DNA of 64,000 nucleotides from Ptychomitrium polyphyllum (GCA_973851085.1 OZ316775.1:20646001-20710000); one strand, 5' to 3'; positions 36,091 to 50,600 are shown, counted from the first letter of the stretch. Translations and numbers: made by a program. The notes: a model not told the origin generated them from the letters alone.

Positions 36091-39000
36091 ATGGCGGCTC
36101 CGTTGCCGGGGTCGAATGTGGTGGTGCCGACGGAGGCGGGGAAAGGTCCAGCTTCGACGCCGACAATTCAAGTGCCGTCGGGGCCGAATGGGGGGATGAT
36201 GTCGAGGCATGACATGATTATGCTGTTCTCGCGGGAGGTTCCGCTGGCGATGGCGAAGCCGGTGCCGGAAGGCTCCACACCGGCGTGGGCGTTGAAGACG
36301 AACTCGCTAGTGAAGACGGCCGCGATGGACGTGAGAGAGGTGACGACCAAGTTTGAGAATCTCTTCAGCAAGATTTTGCCGCACGGCGCCGGCGATAACG
36401 ACATCACGCTTAAGGCGTCCATCACCCTCCAGAAAAAGCTGCTCGTGTTGGACCTGTCGGATTTGGTCGCTGATAACGGAGATGACCTTGCTGAGGTTCT
36501 TGGCCAGCACGTCTCAGTCCAGCTCGTCAGCAACAAATTGGACCCAAGTGCGCCAAAGACCCCCCTTCCTCACAGTTGATCACTTCATTTTGCAATTATG
36601 TAATTTTGGTCCAGGAAGTCGTCCGAGAGGTTGATGAACTGTATGTGATGATTGCAGAGACGAAGAAGGTGGCGGTGAGCGAGGAAGTGCCAATCCTGAA
36701 CTGGGTCACAACGCGAGACATGATAGTGCCCACGAATTTCAAATTCAGTCTTGACTTCAAAGTGCCAAAGGACTTCGGCACGCCTGGCGCCATCATCGTG
36801 AAGAACCGCCATGTTCACGAGTTTCTGCTCGTATCGTTCTCCATTCAGATGCCCAACAACGAGATCATTAACTTCCCTGCCAACTCGTGGGTGTATAGCA
36901 CCAACTTCAGGAACGGCCGCATTTTTTTCAGCAACGAGGTATGTACATCGACGTCATCTTCGCTCCCTATACTTACCATACTCACCAGTCGCAATGTACG
37001 ATGATAGATCCTCAGAATTCAACACTAGTGCAATTGTTTTGCTACAACTTGTGCTCAAGCTCTGTTATTTTGTGGCAATTTATTCTCTGATATTGGCACT
37101 TGTGACTAGAAGCAGGTCTAATTCCCCTAGAGTTATGAAGTTCTGTCACAAGCTGTGCTCATACTCTGTTTTTTGGGTGGGAATTTTGTGCAGTTGTATT
37201 TGCCACTGGACACGCCGGAGGGTTTAGCGGCGCTGAGGCAGCAGGAGCTTGAGAATCTGCGGGGGAACGGCGACGGCGAGCGGAAGTTCCAGGACCGGAT
37301 CTACGACTACGCGACTTACAATGATTTGGGGAACCCCGATTTGAGCGACAGGCTCAAGAGGCCTGTGCTGGGTGGGTCGCAAGAGCTCCCTTACCCACGT
37401 CGCGTCCGTACTGGCCGTGCCCCGACGAAGAAAGGTAAGCTTAACCCTCTCCAACACCCACAGTTTCATCGCGCCTTAGTTTGCAGAATTTCTGGTTTGC
37501 TTTTGGTACCAATGTGGTCGCCAAGTGACTGATTGGTCTGAGCGCCCTGCGTTATGCCTGCATTCTCAGATCCGAAGTCGGAGAGTCTAGGCCAGTTATT
37601 GGCGTTCTACTACATTCCCCGAGACGAGAAGTTCGACCAAGTGAAATTCTCGGACTTCGCCGCGGAGGCAGTGAGGAGCGGGCAACACACCATAATTCCG
37701 GTGCTGAAAAGCGCGGTGCAAGACCATGACCAGGAGTTCAATGGCTTCGCCGATATCAAGACCCTGTATGCGCATAAGGGCACCCAAATGACCGTCCCGT
37801 ATAACCTAACTCCTCCGGCCGCATCGGTGGACCACCAAGATCCCACAACCCAGAGCCCCTTGACTTTCGTTCACGAGTACGCTTTTCCCACTGGCCCCGA
37901 CACCAGCCTGCTCACGTTCCCGTTGCCCAGGATCATCGCAGGCGGGTTCTTCTCTCCTCTCAGCTCTTGCATTCGTTTCTTTGGAAGTTAACGAACCTGT
38001 CGCTACAGCCAGCTGTTCTGATTTGGTTTCAGCAGGGTTAGTTTCTTCGAACAACGCTGTTAGCGCTCAATGAGTTTATGGTGAATAAAGAAATGGAGAG
38101 CGTTTTGTTGATAATGTTCTGGTGTGTCTTGCAGTGGATGACCAAGCTTGGTCCACAGATATTGAGTTTGCGCGGCAGATGCTCTCAGGGCTTAATCCCC
38201 TCATCATCAAGCTTCTTAAGGTTACAGGTCTTAACCTTGAAAGTGAGAGAGTTGATGTGTAGATCGGACTAGGTGATATTTTTGAGGCCTAGCTCAAATC
38301 TTCAGTGTCAGGTTTCGAGTACTTGTGCAGCATGACTGACGTGCTGTTTTCAACTCGCAGGAGTTTCCTATCAAGAGTACTTTGGACCCCGCCCAGTTTG
38401 GCGATCCCGTATCTGCAATAACGGCCAAGCATCTTGAAGAAGGGCTCGGGGGTCTGACAGTCGAGGAGGTAGTATTCCTTGTGAAGCAAATTAGGGCTCG
38501 TTGTAGTTTGTTGATAATCAATTGATGAGTTCCTGGGATGTTGAGATGGACTTGTGAATTGAACCTTCATGTTAACGTTGATGCAGGCGCTGGCCCAGAA
38601 GAGGCTGTTCGTGCAGGACTACCATGATATTTTCGTGCCCTATGTGAACCGAATCAATGCCCAGGGGAAGGGATCCATGTACGCATCTCGCACGATGGTG
38701 TTCCTGACAAGTGACAACATTTTGACTCCTCTCGCAATTGAGCTTACATTGCCACCCTCCACTGCCGGAGGCAAGAAGAATAGCCGCGTGTTCACTCCCC
38801 CGTTTCCCAACTCCACCAAGAACTGGGTGTGGGAGCTTGCCAAAGCTCATGTCGCCTCTTGCGATTCTTCCTACCACGAGGTCATCAGCCACTTGTGAGC
38901 GATCATCTCAGCTTACTCATCGTTCAATCAAATTTAATCTGGAATCATTCATTTAATCTTCCTCTTTTGATTGCGAGCTGCTCCTTCATGTATTGTGTTC

Positions 39001-40208
39001 AGTGACTGATTGACAACGTCCTGGTTGATGCGTTTCAATTGGCAGTTTGCGTACTCATGCTTGCATCGAGCCCTTTGTCATTGCCACGAACCGGCAGCTG
39101 AGTGTGCTTCACCCAATCAACCAAGTGCTGGTGCCGCACTACAAGAACACCATGGACATCAACAGTGCTGCGAGGAAAGCTCTCATAAACGCAGGAGGGA
39201 TCATCGAGCAGAACTTCACCCCTGGAAAATACACGATGGAGATGAGTGCAGTTGTGTACAAGCTTGACTGGCGGTTCGATGAGCAGTCCTTGCCTGAAGA
39301 TCTCGTCAAAAGGTAAGCAACTCCATGGCTAACATAGTTCTCTAACTCTCAATCCTCAATGACGTTAATTACTTGAAATTTCTGCATCAACCAATAACAA
39401 GTAAAGCTCCAATGGTTCTGATCTAACTTATAATCTGCACAATTTTGATTTCAGGGGAATGGCTGTCCGAGATCCAAGTGCAAAACATGGGCTGAAGCTG
39501 GTGATCGAGGACTACCCGTACGCAGCCGATGGGCTGGAGCTGTGGGCAGCTATGAAGGAGTACATGACCGATCACGTGAAGATCTTCTACAAGAGCGACA
39601 AGGCGGTGCAAGACGACCCGGAGCTTCAAAGTTGGTGGACGGAGGTCCGCACGGTTGGCCATGGCGACAAGAAAGACTCCCCTGGATGGCCAACTCTGAA
39701 CACCATCGAAAATCTGGCATACGTTTTGACGACCATCGCATGGGTTGCGTCGTGTCATCACGCCGCTGTCAACTTCGGGCAATACGCATATAGTGGATAC
39801 ATGCCCAATCACCCCAGCATGACCCGCAAGTTCATTCCGGAGCCAGGGACGAAGGAGTGGGAGCAGTTGCAGCGGGACCCGGAGAGGTTTTACCTGGACT
39901 CGATTTCGAATGAAACGCAAGCCACTTCAGTGATGTCCACCATCGAGATCCTGTCCACACATGCGCTGGATGAGGAGTACTTGGGGCAGAGGTTGACGCC
40001 CAATTGGAGCAACGATGAGCGGGTGCTGTCGGCGTTTGCGAAGTTCTCGGGAAAGATAAAGGAAATTGAGGAGCTGATTCATACCCGAAATGCTGATAAG
40101 TCTCTGAAGAACAGGACTGGGCCTGTGCAGCTGCCTTATGAACTTTTGATTCCGACTTCAACTCCTGGACTGACTGGTAAGGGCGTGCCCAATAGTGTGT
40201 CCATATAG
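36091..40208 (+). CDS. LOX: Lipoxygenase (PLAT + LOX domain), 9 exons, 957 aa: 36091-36547, 36658-36938, 37194-37434, 37570-37941, 38135-38220, 38361-38468, 38587-38894, 39046-39312, 39455-40208
   Basis: [33 protein letters not shown], iron ligands H(F)LRTH and [21 protein letters not shown]-terminal PNSVSI. The exons sum to 2874 nt with consistent phases. Confidence 0.96.
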
Positions 40209-41619
40209 TGAGATAATTGGTTGTAGAATCGTTGATCCTTGATAGAGACTTTGTGTAAAAACATGACTGTTACGTTTTCAGGCTTTCCTTCTCGCTATTT
40301 GAGTCACTGAGCTTTGAGGCTCGTCAGGTGTCTGTTGCGAACAGCTAAGCGAACCAGGTTTTGGAATCAGACAGATGTAAATGATGATACTTACAGAAGT
40401 GAAGTTACATAATGACGCACACGAATATGTCAAAATGATTGGAGTGAGGATCCATAGTGCAGACTAGTCACCCCTTGTTCAGAACAGTATGTCTGCGTTG
40501 TGTTTCAAGTTCGGATGTACACTAGCCGTGCACAGTGATATCCGCTATTATTTTAATACTTTCAACGAGCATTTTGAAGGTTCCAAGCGTTTTCTCACGA
40601 TCAAGTCCGTCATGGAGCTTTGCTGTTCATGTATGCATACATCAGAATGTCTTAGCTACTGCAGATTGTTGGGCCATGCAGCTGCAGGAAGATTTTCTGG
40701 ACGCCTTAAACTTCTCAGGGAATCTAATCTGCAGCTTTGCTTATGAGTCCAATTAAGGCTGCATCAAGCATGTTCAAGGAAAGATGCACGAATTTATACT
40801 CTCAATGCTTTAATTCGTGCTAAAGATAAGTGCTCCAAATGAGTTTAGTGTTCTACCCGAAGCACCAAAAAGGAGGAATCTTCCGCTAGCAGTAATTCAC
40901 TGATATTTTACTGTTCCAAAATTTACAGAGTTATACAATTTCACGAGAAGTGCGCAGAATATTACGGTGCTTCTACCTTCTAGTACGGCTGATCTTTTCA
41001 TCTCCCTCCGTCACAAATGTCTCAGCATGCATGCATTCACATGAGCGTTTCCTATATTAGTCTTCACTCTAGAACTGATTCTGCAGTAAAAATGTACAAT
41101 CCTGTAACTTAAAATCACCTACATCAAGTTGACACACAGAACAAGTTCTTTTGCGAGTGTCCTCTAATCTGTTTATAGAAGTGTTTTCCTAGCTGTAAGA
41201 CGTCAGACAGTCCGAAAACCTCTAAAGATTTCATCTCCTGCAAAGCTACACTCGAATTAACGTTGCACAGTGGACCAAAACAAAGGTCTGTCATTTGCCT
41301 CACAAGGAGACACATCACATCATCTCCCTGATGCTGAATGCTATCAATCTCAATACTTCATCCCTCACACTTGCGTATCTAGATCAATGCCCTCCGACCA
41401 GTGCTCCAATCAACACAGATTCTTAACCTAATTACAATCGAAGAACGTTCGTCCTCTATCCAGAATTCAGAACATTTGAAAACACCATCCTCTTGTACCG
41501 CAGCTTCTTCAAAACACCCGTATTGCCGCTTCACGATGATTAACCACTAAAGGGCCTCAAACTTATTCAAGCACGATCTCAGAATTCTCATCTGAACTGT
41601 CACTTGAACACAATTGAGA

Positions 41620-42640
41620 TTATTCTCGTGGAAGTGCTCTCAACACTCCATGTATGACTTCAAACGTGGGCCTCTCTGAAGGATCTTTGTGCCAACATCT
41701 CTCCACTAATTCTCGAACTCCAACATCTATATAATCAGGCAACTTTGGCCTTTCACCATCAATGACTCTTCCAATCACTCTTGGCAAATCCAGAGAAAAG
41801 TATTCCACCTGTCAAAACCTCATTACAAGTCATTGCAAAAAGTATATGCATCAACCTTCTCAAGTCCAGATCTCTTCATTTCAGTCACATGATTTCGTTT
41901 AGAGCTCTTTGAACACCTCTGAAGCTCTCCAGAATCCAGTTCCTTGTACCGTTGTTTAAGTCTCAAAATTTGTCACCTCGCAAGAATATTATCCATCATA
42001 TCTTGGATCACCACCCGAAAACTTTGGCAATGAAACAAGAACGTCGGAAGCTTTAAGATCTCTATGCAGAACACCTTTGCGACGTGTGTCTCATACTTAA
42101 ATCAATGCCGCACAAAAATCTTCAGCGCCTAAGGATATGAGAAGGGTGACCCTTCGAAGTTGTCATCGCTCAGTTTGAGATCAATGAACGTCCGCAAATC
42201 ACCTCACGCTTTTCCCATCACAAAACAAACCTTGCGTTCTTCAAAATTGCACCCCTGATTATATGGCACTCCCAGTCCGCACGTAGATCAAATACTGAAA
42301 CATCCACCGTTGGAACCTTAACATTGCTCGGCCAATTGGAATTTAAGGGCTGCCAGCGAGAAGTCTTCGAGCTTAAATATCTTCGCCACTAAAACTTTCT
42401 CTCCATAATAGGAGGCTTCAAAGATCTAGGCTTGGCCTACGCCTGCAATCAATCGCCCCATCTTTAACTCCTCTTCACTAATGCTTCCAAATATAAAAGG
42501 ATCCATTTTCTTCAGTTCCTCCCAAACGACCTGGTTAGCTTGGGAAAGACGAGATGCCGGTGCACCTCCATCCTCACCACTACAGCTAGGGCTAACTTTA
42601 CTAGCTTTTACGTCCGCAATCTCTGCAGAAGCTCTCAAAT
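41620..42640 (-). pseudogene. TKL-like protein kinase pseudogene
   Basis: LIAGVGQA*IFEA...VAKIFK (subdomains I-II), LHRDLKASDV at about 42038-42069, DFG lost, and ELVERCWHKDPSERPTF (subdomain XI). Stops and frameshifts throughout. Confidence 0.8.
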
Positions 42641-44169
42641 GTAATTTCCGTTTGTTGAACAGTAGATTGGTCCTATCCTACCCTGGTTTTCACGAGTCAC
42701 AAGAAAGAATCGACTATGCTAAGCAACGTCCTTCCAATTATCTCAGAACTTATTTAAGAAGACTTTGTAGCTGAGCTGCTCAAGATCACTGAAGATTAAT
42801 GAAGATCTGAAGCGCACATTAGGCCACCATTATTTTAAGATGAAGCATTAGATAGCTCCGATTTCGTTTTCAAAGTCGCTCACAGTGCATTGTTCTCAGT
42901 AATCGTAAACTCTGCGCGTGCAGAATGATCAGCAGCACCTGCCAAGGGTGAACGCCGTTTCATAAGTTATGATACACAACGCTGCCGCAATGGATCCTCC
43001 ATCTCTTTTACCAAACATGATATGCAACTCGAGAGAAGAACCTCTCTGGCACTTTCGTGACACCGAATGGATAAACTTGGTCTCCGACAGGTTCCAAACC
43101 CATCTTCCTAGTCTCCACTTCATGTTGCCGACACCTCGCTTCTCTAAATCCGGAATTTCACACTCAGGCCCTAAATTATCACCATATATGAAATCGATTT
43201 AAAAACCTAAAGGATAACCTCCACACGAGATTCAGAGTTTCAGTGATCGCGGGCGTCATGAGCAGGAACATGAAACCCAAACTTACCGACAAGTGTGGAT
43301 TACAGTCAATTTTTCACCCTCGTAAATGTATTAGTTGCCCTACCTTGCCGTAAGAACGACTCCTAGAACTGACGTTCTAAAGCTGTTCAACTTCGGTTCC
43401 GAGTAAAGGGTACTAGAGGAAACTCACCAGCACTTTTGAGGACCAGATGCACCCCTGCGAGATAAAGATGCAAGCGGCGATTCGATCTTCCGCAGCTCAG
43501 ACAGATCGAAAGAGCTCCACACTGCAACTCGTAACCCCAACACCTCTCCACCAGCAACGTCTAATCAGTGCGCAGAGGAAGTGAAGAGTTGCGAAATGTT
43601 AATCCCAGGTTCAACGCTGACCTTGGGAAAAGGAGACCGTCCTTAACTCGGTCAGAAAAGTCTCAAACTCCACACATTATTCACGTCAGTTTCATCTGGA
43701 CGGGCTGCTACTGACTGATCACTCATTGTCAATCAGCATCTAAAGATCAAGAAGAAATCAGATAAAAGCATCATGTTGTCCAAAAATATCAGGAACTCTT
43801 CCACCATCATCCAAAATAACCTATTATAAAGTTGTGGATTTTAAATTTACAACCTATTACTCTTCCGGTACTGCACATGCCATGCGCATTGAGAGAATCA
43901 TCGGTGCATTCACGAGAAAGCCGATATTGAGGACTACATTACAATATTAAACAAATTTAACTTCTAAGTGAACTGTATACCTCCCAAACGTAGGAACTTG
44001 AAGTCGAACCAAAGCGCTCCGATAAAATGAATACAATTCTGTGATCTTGTTACCAGTGACAAACTCAGCATCAAACTGCTTCATGAATTGATGGCCATAT
44101 ATATGTTCGCAGGGTTGGGAGAAAAACAAACACCTTCTAAGTATAAATTCTGATCAATATAAGAATAGC

Positions 44170-46379
44170 CTACGCTAAGAAGTCGAGTGCAATGCGACTC
44201 TGTTGAGTTATCTTATTTACAAGACTCGAATGTTGCAACTCCAGAGAAACCTCAGTTTCTAGTATCCTTACTCGCAGTACTGAAAGATCGTTATCATTAG
44301 TACCCTCAAGATACAGAGTACATTCATATGAACCTACTGTTGGAGGTTGATTTAGCACATTGGCGATAGGGAAGCTGAAAACATTCCCATTTGGTACACA
44401 GTCTTTGACCTCAATGTATAGACGATGATTTCTGCCAAGCAGTTCTGCCACACGCTTCATATCGCCTTCTACTAATGCCTTTCGAACACGAGTCGTCGAA
44501 ACTTGCCCTTTGTCCTTGCTGCAGCCATCTATTGGAGGAGAATCTTTTAAATCCATGACTGGCTCCACGATGGCGGATTGCAATCCATACTTTTCGCACA
44601 AATCGACCAGGTCTGATGCTTTACCGGCAGCTCTAAACCCAAAGCGGTAATCGGCTCCTGCATCCATGTTACTCTAATCAATGCCCAAAGACTGGGAATC
44701 CAAAGCCAGTTCAATGCGACTTCTCAAATATAAACAAGACAAAGTAAGGACATATTTTTCATTAACGAACGTAACAAGTGACCAACACAAGACAAAATTC
44801 ACCCTGTCTCACTAATTATGCAGAGACATAGACGTACAAAACGAGCTGTTTGGAAAGTAAAAACAAAAAAATCTAACCTACCTGAAAGCAAATATTTATA
44901 ACAATTCAGACCTACGTGATAATTCATGCAAGCCCTTACCTGCCACTGCACCTGTCACCTTCAGTTCATTCGCAAGTTTGTCAACAAACTGTTCCGGGCT
45001 TAGTTTGCGAATTTTGGCAAATTCAAGCACATGCTCCAGTGGAGCCATGCCACGACAGTGCTTCGCCCAAGATTTCAGGACACGAGCGCGGTCATCTGAG
45101 GCGACCACTGGTAACCTGCAACCCATAATCCAAAGTTCAGCTACTCAATACTCCAAGATCTTCAAACACTTTGAAGTTTGGGACCTCTGAGGCCTCTGTT
45201 CATCCGACTTCTCAACAACAAATCTAGAGATGAAGCACAATCTGTCCATGAGATGGAAACAGTGCACGTGCATACACCCATCAAAACAAGGAACTAAATA
45301 TAAGGAGCACGAAAGTACATACTTAGGCTCCCATCCAAGCACCTCCGCCATCCCTGACAACGAGAGCATGATGGGTTTTCCAAGCTCTGATGCACGCTCC
45401 GCTAATGCACGATGTCCCAAATGCAAACCCTCGAACTTCCCCAGTGCCACTACGCCTCCAGCCACTGCACCGCCACAACGATGTCACTTGTCTCTACCCA
45501 AACCTCTAGCACAGATCTTAGCTGAGACCTTCATGCAAACCAAAATACCCAAACATCACCAAATCCAACAATTTCGGCAATCCTAGTTCACGAATTCACT
45601 CTCAACAGATTAGAGACTGAGGTAGTTGGCCCAGAGAACTCAAGAAACACACCATCACATCACGAATAGAAACATCAAATGCCTATACCAATGCTCTCTT
45701 CAATAAACCATAAAAACATCAGCCTTTGGAGGAATACAACCACACATTAAAGTGCTCCAAGAGACCACAATATTCTTAATTCCAAGCACAAAGATTCTCA
45801 TACGAAGTTACCCATATCCCTCACCAATTCCAGAATCACACACAGTAGAACCAAAAACAGTTCTTTAGCACTAAACCTCCCTGTGCCCTAACTGCATTCT
45901 CTGAAACGGGCGTCACAAGAAAAATTCATCAAACTACATGCAACAGTGACCCTCATAATAGCTGCGCACCCTAAAACAACAACATTCAGATCAACTAAAA
46001 AATCAACCCACATCATCCAAACCAAAATCCCTACAACTCCTACATCCTTGAAAGAAAAAACACAAACACACAAGCTCAATCATAATCCCTCGGGCACCTC
46101 TACTGTGTGGTGGTCGGTAGGTCAGAGGAGGGTTACAGCTCATAACCCAGCTCCTCCATCGAAGCCCTCCGATCGACCAACACGTCCAGCCCCAGACGTT
46201 CGTGGTTCAACAAGAGCACTCATCATCATGTCCAATCAACCTAGTACATCTTCTTCCATCAAAGCAAAATACAGCCATCTGAAACGACAGTGCACAACGA
46301 CGAGTGGATGCGTACCGGAGTGATCAGGTCGGTTGCCGGGGGTGCAGTCGTCGCCCGCCGACGCTCCCGTGAGGCCCAT
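44170..46379 (-). CDS. FAD synthetase (RibF-like FMN adenylyltransferase, plant RibF1/2 type), 4 exons; start codon uncertain
   Basis: [18 protein letters not shown] (HxGH nucleotidyltransferase motif), [38 protein letters not shown]. Exons about 46379-46316, 45464-45323, 45116-44940 and 44657-44170. Confidence 0.85.
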
Positions 46380-47088
46380 TGCGTCTGCTTTGCGATGAAC
46401 CCTCGCAGGCTGCCCAAGCGGCGATGGCTATAGCAATGGCCACAGCAACGGCGACGACGATGGCGATAGCGATGGCGATGGCGATGGCGTGGCGACGCCC
46501 CTTCTCAGCGACGGCGAACACACAGCCAAGTCTTCGCATGCTGCCCACGGGCGTAGGGCGTCCTTCTGCGGTGAAAGGGCCCGTCGAGCCCAGTTGCAGC
46601 GCGCAGTGGCCTCATTGGAGGACTGGTATGACGGTTTTGCACTTTCGACTTTTTCCAATTTCTAGGAAATAGCGAGATCTGAGAAGAGGATAAGACTAGT
46701 AAGTTGTTGCTTTCGTTAACCCCTTAGTGCCCAAGTTACACCTAGGACTAGCGTTGGTGAACCTTTTTCTGAGGCCTTTCATGTACACTACCATTCAATG
46801 TTGTATGGTAGGTAGGGAGAATTCTCTCTTTCTTTTTAGAAGTTTTTAGTGACCTATTTGAGATTTGATGACTTATAGGAATGAATGCTTTGGTTTAAAT
46901 GGATATTCAAGAATTAAAATCCTAAAGTCTATATTATTATGGATATTTTGGATATTTTGAGATTAATTTTAGAATTATTTATTTTGAAATTTAGTTGTAT
47001 AAAAAAATCAGTATGTTTTATTTGAATTTTTTGGATTACAACATACAAAAAGCTTTAAGGGAAAAAGTTCATAATGATATTTTTCTGA

Positions 47089-47179
47089 ATTGGACATGTC
47101 TTTTTTGAGGCCTTCTTTTTTGAAGTAAGGAACATTGGACATGTCTTTTTTGAAGCCTTCTTTTTTGAAGTAAGGAACA
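47089..47179. repeat. 45-bp direct tandem duplication
   Basis: attggacatgtcttttttga(g/a)gccttcttttttgaagtaaggaac occurs twice in tandem. Confidence 0.85.
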
Positions 47180-47583
47180 GAACATATTTCAACAATTAAC
47201 ACTATTCATTTCATTTTTGTAATGGAATGTGCAAATGCAATGATAAATGATAGTAAATGTATGTAAAAGTCAAGATTAATGAATTGGTACATAAATGCCT
47301 TGAATGTTGAGTGAAATGTACTTTGATCAATTAAAATCATACTCTTGAAATTAATAATAAATAATAATATATGTCTCAATTTCTTAGCTAGTGATAATAA
47401 AAAATTCTAATTGTATTATCTTTCAATCTCTTAATACTTGGAAGCTTTCCACTTTTCACATATTATTTCTTTCTAAATAATGGAAATTTTATTTCATAAT
47501 TTCCAAAAATTATGTATTCTAAACCTTCAAAACTATTTTATACCTCATATGCTTTTGATCTACATCATTTAATAGGATAAAAC

Positions 47584-47633
<50 letters not shown>

Positions 47634-47644
47634 GTATATATATA
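47584..47644. repeat. (TA)n microsatellite with interruptions
   Basis: About 60 bp of TA dinucleotides. Confidence 0.95.
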
Positions 47645-50600
47645 GATAAAAGTATGTGAAAAGTTATAAATCCTTGTATATACATTTTAAAAATAAAAAT
47701 GTATTTATAAACAATCCACATAGATATGTTTTTGGGAGCAATTAAGGAATAATTTATTAACCATAACTTTAAAGTACTGACACCTAAATGAAGAAGCCAT
47801 CCATTGAAATGGGACATTTTTTCATGAATCTGGTTATTCAGAATGTGTAAAATACCTAGATTTAATGACAATATGCTTTTCAATGACTTTTTCAAAAAAA
47901 TATTATAAAAGACGAGTTTTTCATTTTTCAACTTTTAAAAGTTTCACTAGATTATTGTGATTCAATGAAACAGAGATCATAAATGCAACCATTAACCAGC
48001 ACCTCTCTACCATTTCCATCTATAAATTGTGTTATTGTTATCTTTAAAAACCTTCAAATATCCTTATTCAACATTTTTTTTAGGTCCAAGTTTTGATATA
48101 TAATTTTGAATTAATCTCTATCCACAAAATTTGAAAATTACAGTAACTTTTCAATCAAATTTTCAAAAAAATCGACATTGCAAATTAAAATTAGTTAATG
48201 CCAACTCCATTCGGGTGGACACAGGATCATTCATTTTCACAAAAAATTATGTAAATCCTTCCAAAGAAGTCATTTGCAATATTTAAGAGTACAACTGTTC
48301 ATAGCTAGCTAAAATACGGTCCTCAGCGAAAAAGAATATAACCCCTTGACCCTAAAAGATACATCGTCCTGTACAATATTTGGCAAAAAAATACACCAAG
48401 GTCCAAAACCAAATCAAACAAGGGTTTAAAGATCATCTGATCTGCAAATGTCATCCATATTTGGTATGTGCCTGAAGGAGAAATCTGTAAAAGCTATACA
48501 TAGCATTCTTACCCAAAAATACTCAGCGGGAACAGAGTGAACAGAGTGAACAGAGGGAACAATCTCACGCAGATAACATCGACGAGCACGTATTCCAATG
48601 ATCTAGAGGCCCATAACCATAGGGCAAGAATGTTACACATAGATAATATTTAAAAAGAAGGAAGAAAAGAAAGTGTTTATTAGTCATCCTACTCGTGATC
48701 ATCTCTTAGCGAATTTGATTACGCTTTGCAAACTATCAAAACCAACAGAGAATACACAAGAAGAAACCAAACACATCCTCATAATAATAAACAAAAACAA
48801 GGATCCAACATGCAAGAAAAAAGACCACAACACAATTAAAATTTGAAATTGGATAATCCAGGAAGCAATTGGCAAATATAGAATGAAGGGAAGACGGTTT
48901 AGAGAATTTAGATTGGAACCACTTGCTGATGTAAGAAAATCCTAACGCAGACAACTAAAACAAGCAGAATGGTGATTGATATTACTTAGTATAAAATTAA
49001 TTCAAAATAAAACATTGAAATCGAGAATAAGTATCAGAAACATAAAGTCACCTGAAGATGCACAATTCCTGTGAGAAGACTCGCTTCAAAAGATCTTAAC
49101 CAAACCGAGAAGTTTGGTTAGGAAACACATTATGGTGGTCTTTATTCCCTAGATATCTATTCGAACCAAAACATCCATTTCCATGTCTTAATAGATCCTA
49201 GAAGTTTCTAATAATTTATGTGAGAAGGGGTCATGTTATATACCAACAGAAAGAAAAAAATCAGCTCTATAACGTTATGCAAATACGAAGTTATTATTCT
49301 CAATTGTGGAGGTTCAAAGTGCTTGGACACTAAGAGGTTAGGAGAACTTGTAAAAAACAACAAGAACATATCATCACAAATGAGATATAAAATTTCCTTC
49401 GTATAAATAATCCGCATTTAAGAAGAACATAATTAAACTAAAAATACGCAGAGAGCAATCTGATGCACCGATGTTTCTTTCTTGTTCCAAAATAACCGTC
49501 TTTGCGAGCCACAAGAAGGACCAGATTTCGTATTTACATGTTTATCAACAAGACTAAGGATGGTGATTAGCACACGAGGAAAAAAGGCTTCGCAAAATCT
49601 TGAGATGATAAGACAACTTAATTAAAGAAATCCCTCCAAGAGACAGTGGAACCAAATCATCGTTCCACTTCAATAAATAATCATGGACCCATGAGCTAAG
49701 GATAGTCCAACTAACTTAATGGTGAAGACTTTATAGTGATTGGTACGCTATTCACGCACACATGCATGTACGCAAAGCTCAATATGCTACATGGAACGTC
49801 ATAAACTTACCTGATCCAGATCTCAGAGGGAAGAAAAAGCCACTTGCTGGAGTTGCCAACGAGCTCAGACTACTCAGAAAACAATCAAATCTCTAGAATC
49901 TGCAGACAACGATGATGATCAGGGTAAACCTATACAGTCCAATCAAATGAAAAAAGACTGCAGCTCACAAATCCACTTACTACAACTAGATGCTGAAAAC
50001 CAAGAACTACTCATAATAATAAAGAATGGTTCTCGCCTGGCTCTTGCCAGTTGAGGCAGTCTGCAACATAACTTCCAAGGTGCTCGCAAGAAAAGGCACA
50101 ACCACCACCTAAATTACAATCTTCATAAGTTTTGAGCACACATTGACCTATTAACGTGAACTCCCACGACAGAGCTCTAAAAAGTGTTGATTGCCGCATA
50201 TACGAGAGAAAAATCAAGAGTCCTTTCAGTGGCACTGCTGGACTGTAGCAGAAGAGGTAGATAACCAAGTCCAACAGTAAACCAAACATACATACCTTCA
50301 CAGAAAGTCTGATGTGTCGCCATAAAAACGATCCAACTACTCATGACTTTTACTAAAGCATTCTACTAACTGTAAGAGAGTAAAACCTGCAGAGCGACTG
50401 CATAACCCTAAAAATTCATACCTCGCTGCCTAAAGAACCACAATACATTCCAAAGGTTCAAAAACCACAATAAAAGCTGATTCTACATACGTCACCCGTC
50501 AATAGGACCCCAAAAGTCAAGTAGATCCGAGAACAGTGAGCACTATGCTCCATTCAAAAAGTGAAACAGGCTCAACGCCTTGAGGGCATTTGAGAAGCAC

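Noticed and set aside
36615..36657. Acceptor at 36614 as the start of LOX exon 2
   Set aside because: Its phase is incompatible with the exon-1 donor. The acceptor at 36657 restores DPKTKK in frame.
36168..40161. Antisense and alternate-frame ORFs across the LOX gene
   Set aside because: Explained by the GC-rich codon usage of the LOX exons.
47569..47931. 120-aa ORF ending in IYIYIY
   Set aside because: Artefact of AT-rich DNA and the (TA)n microsatellite.
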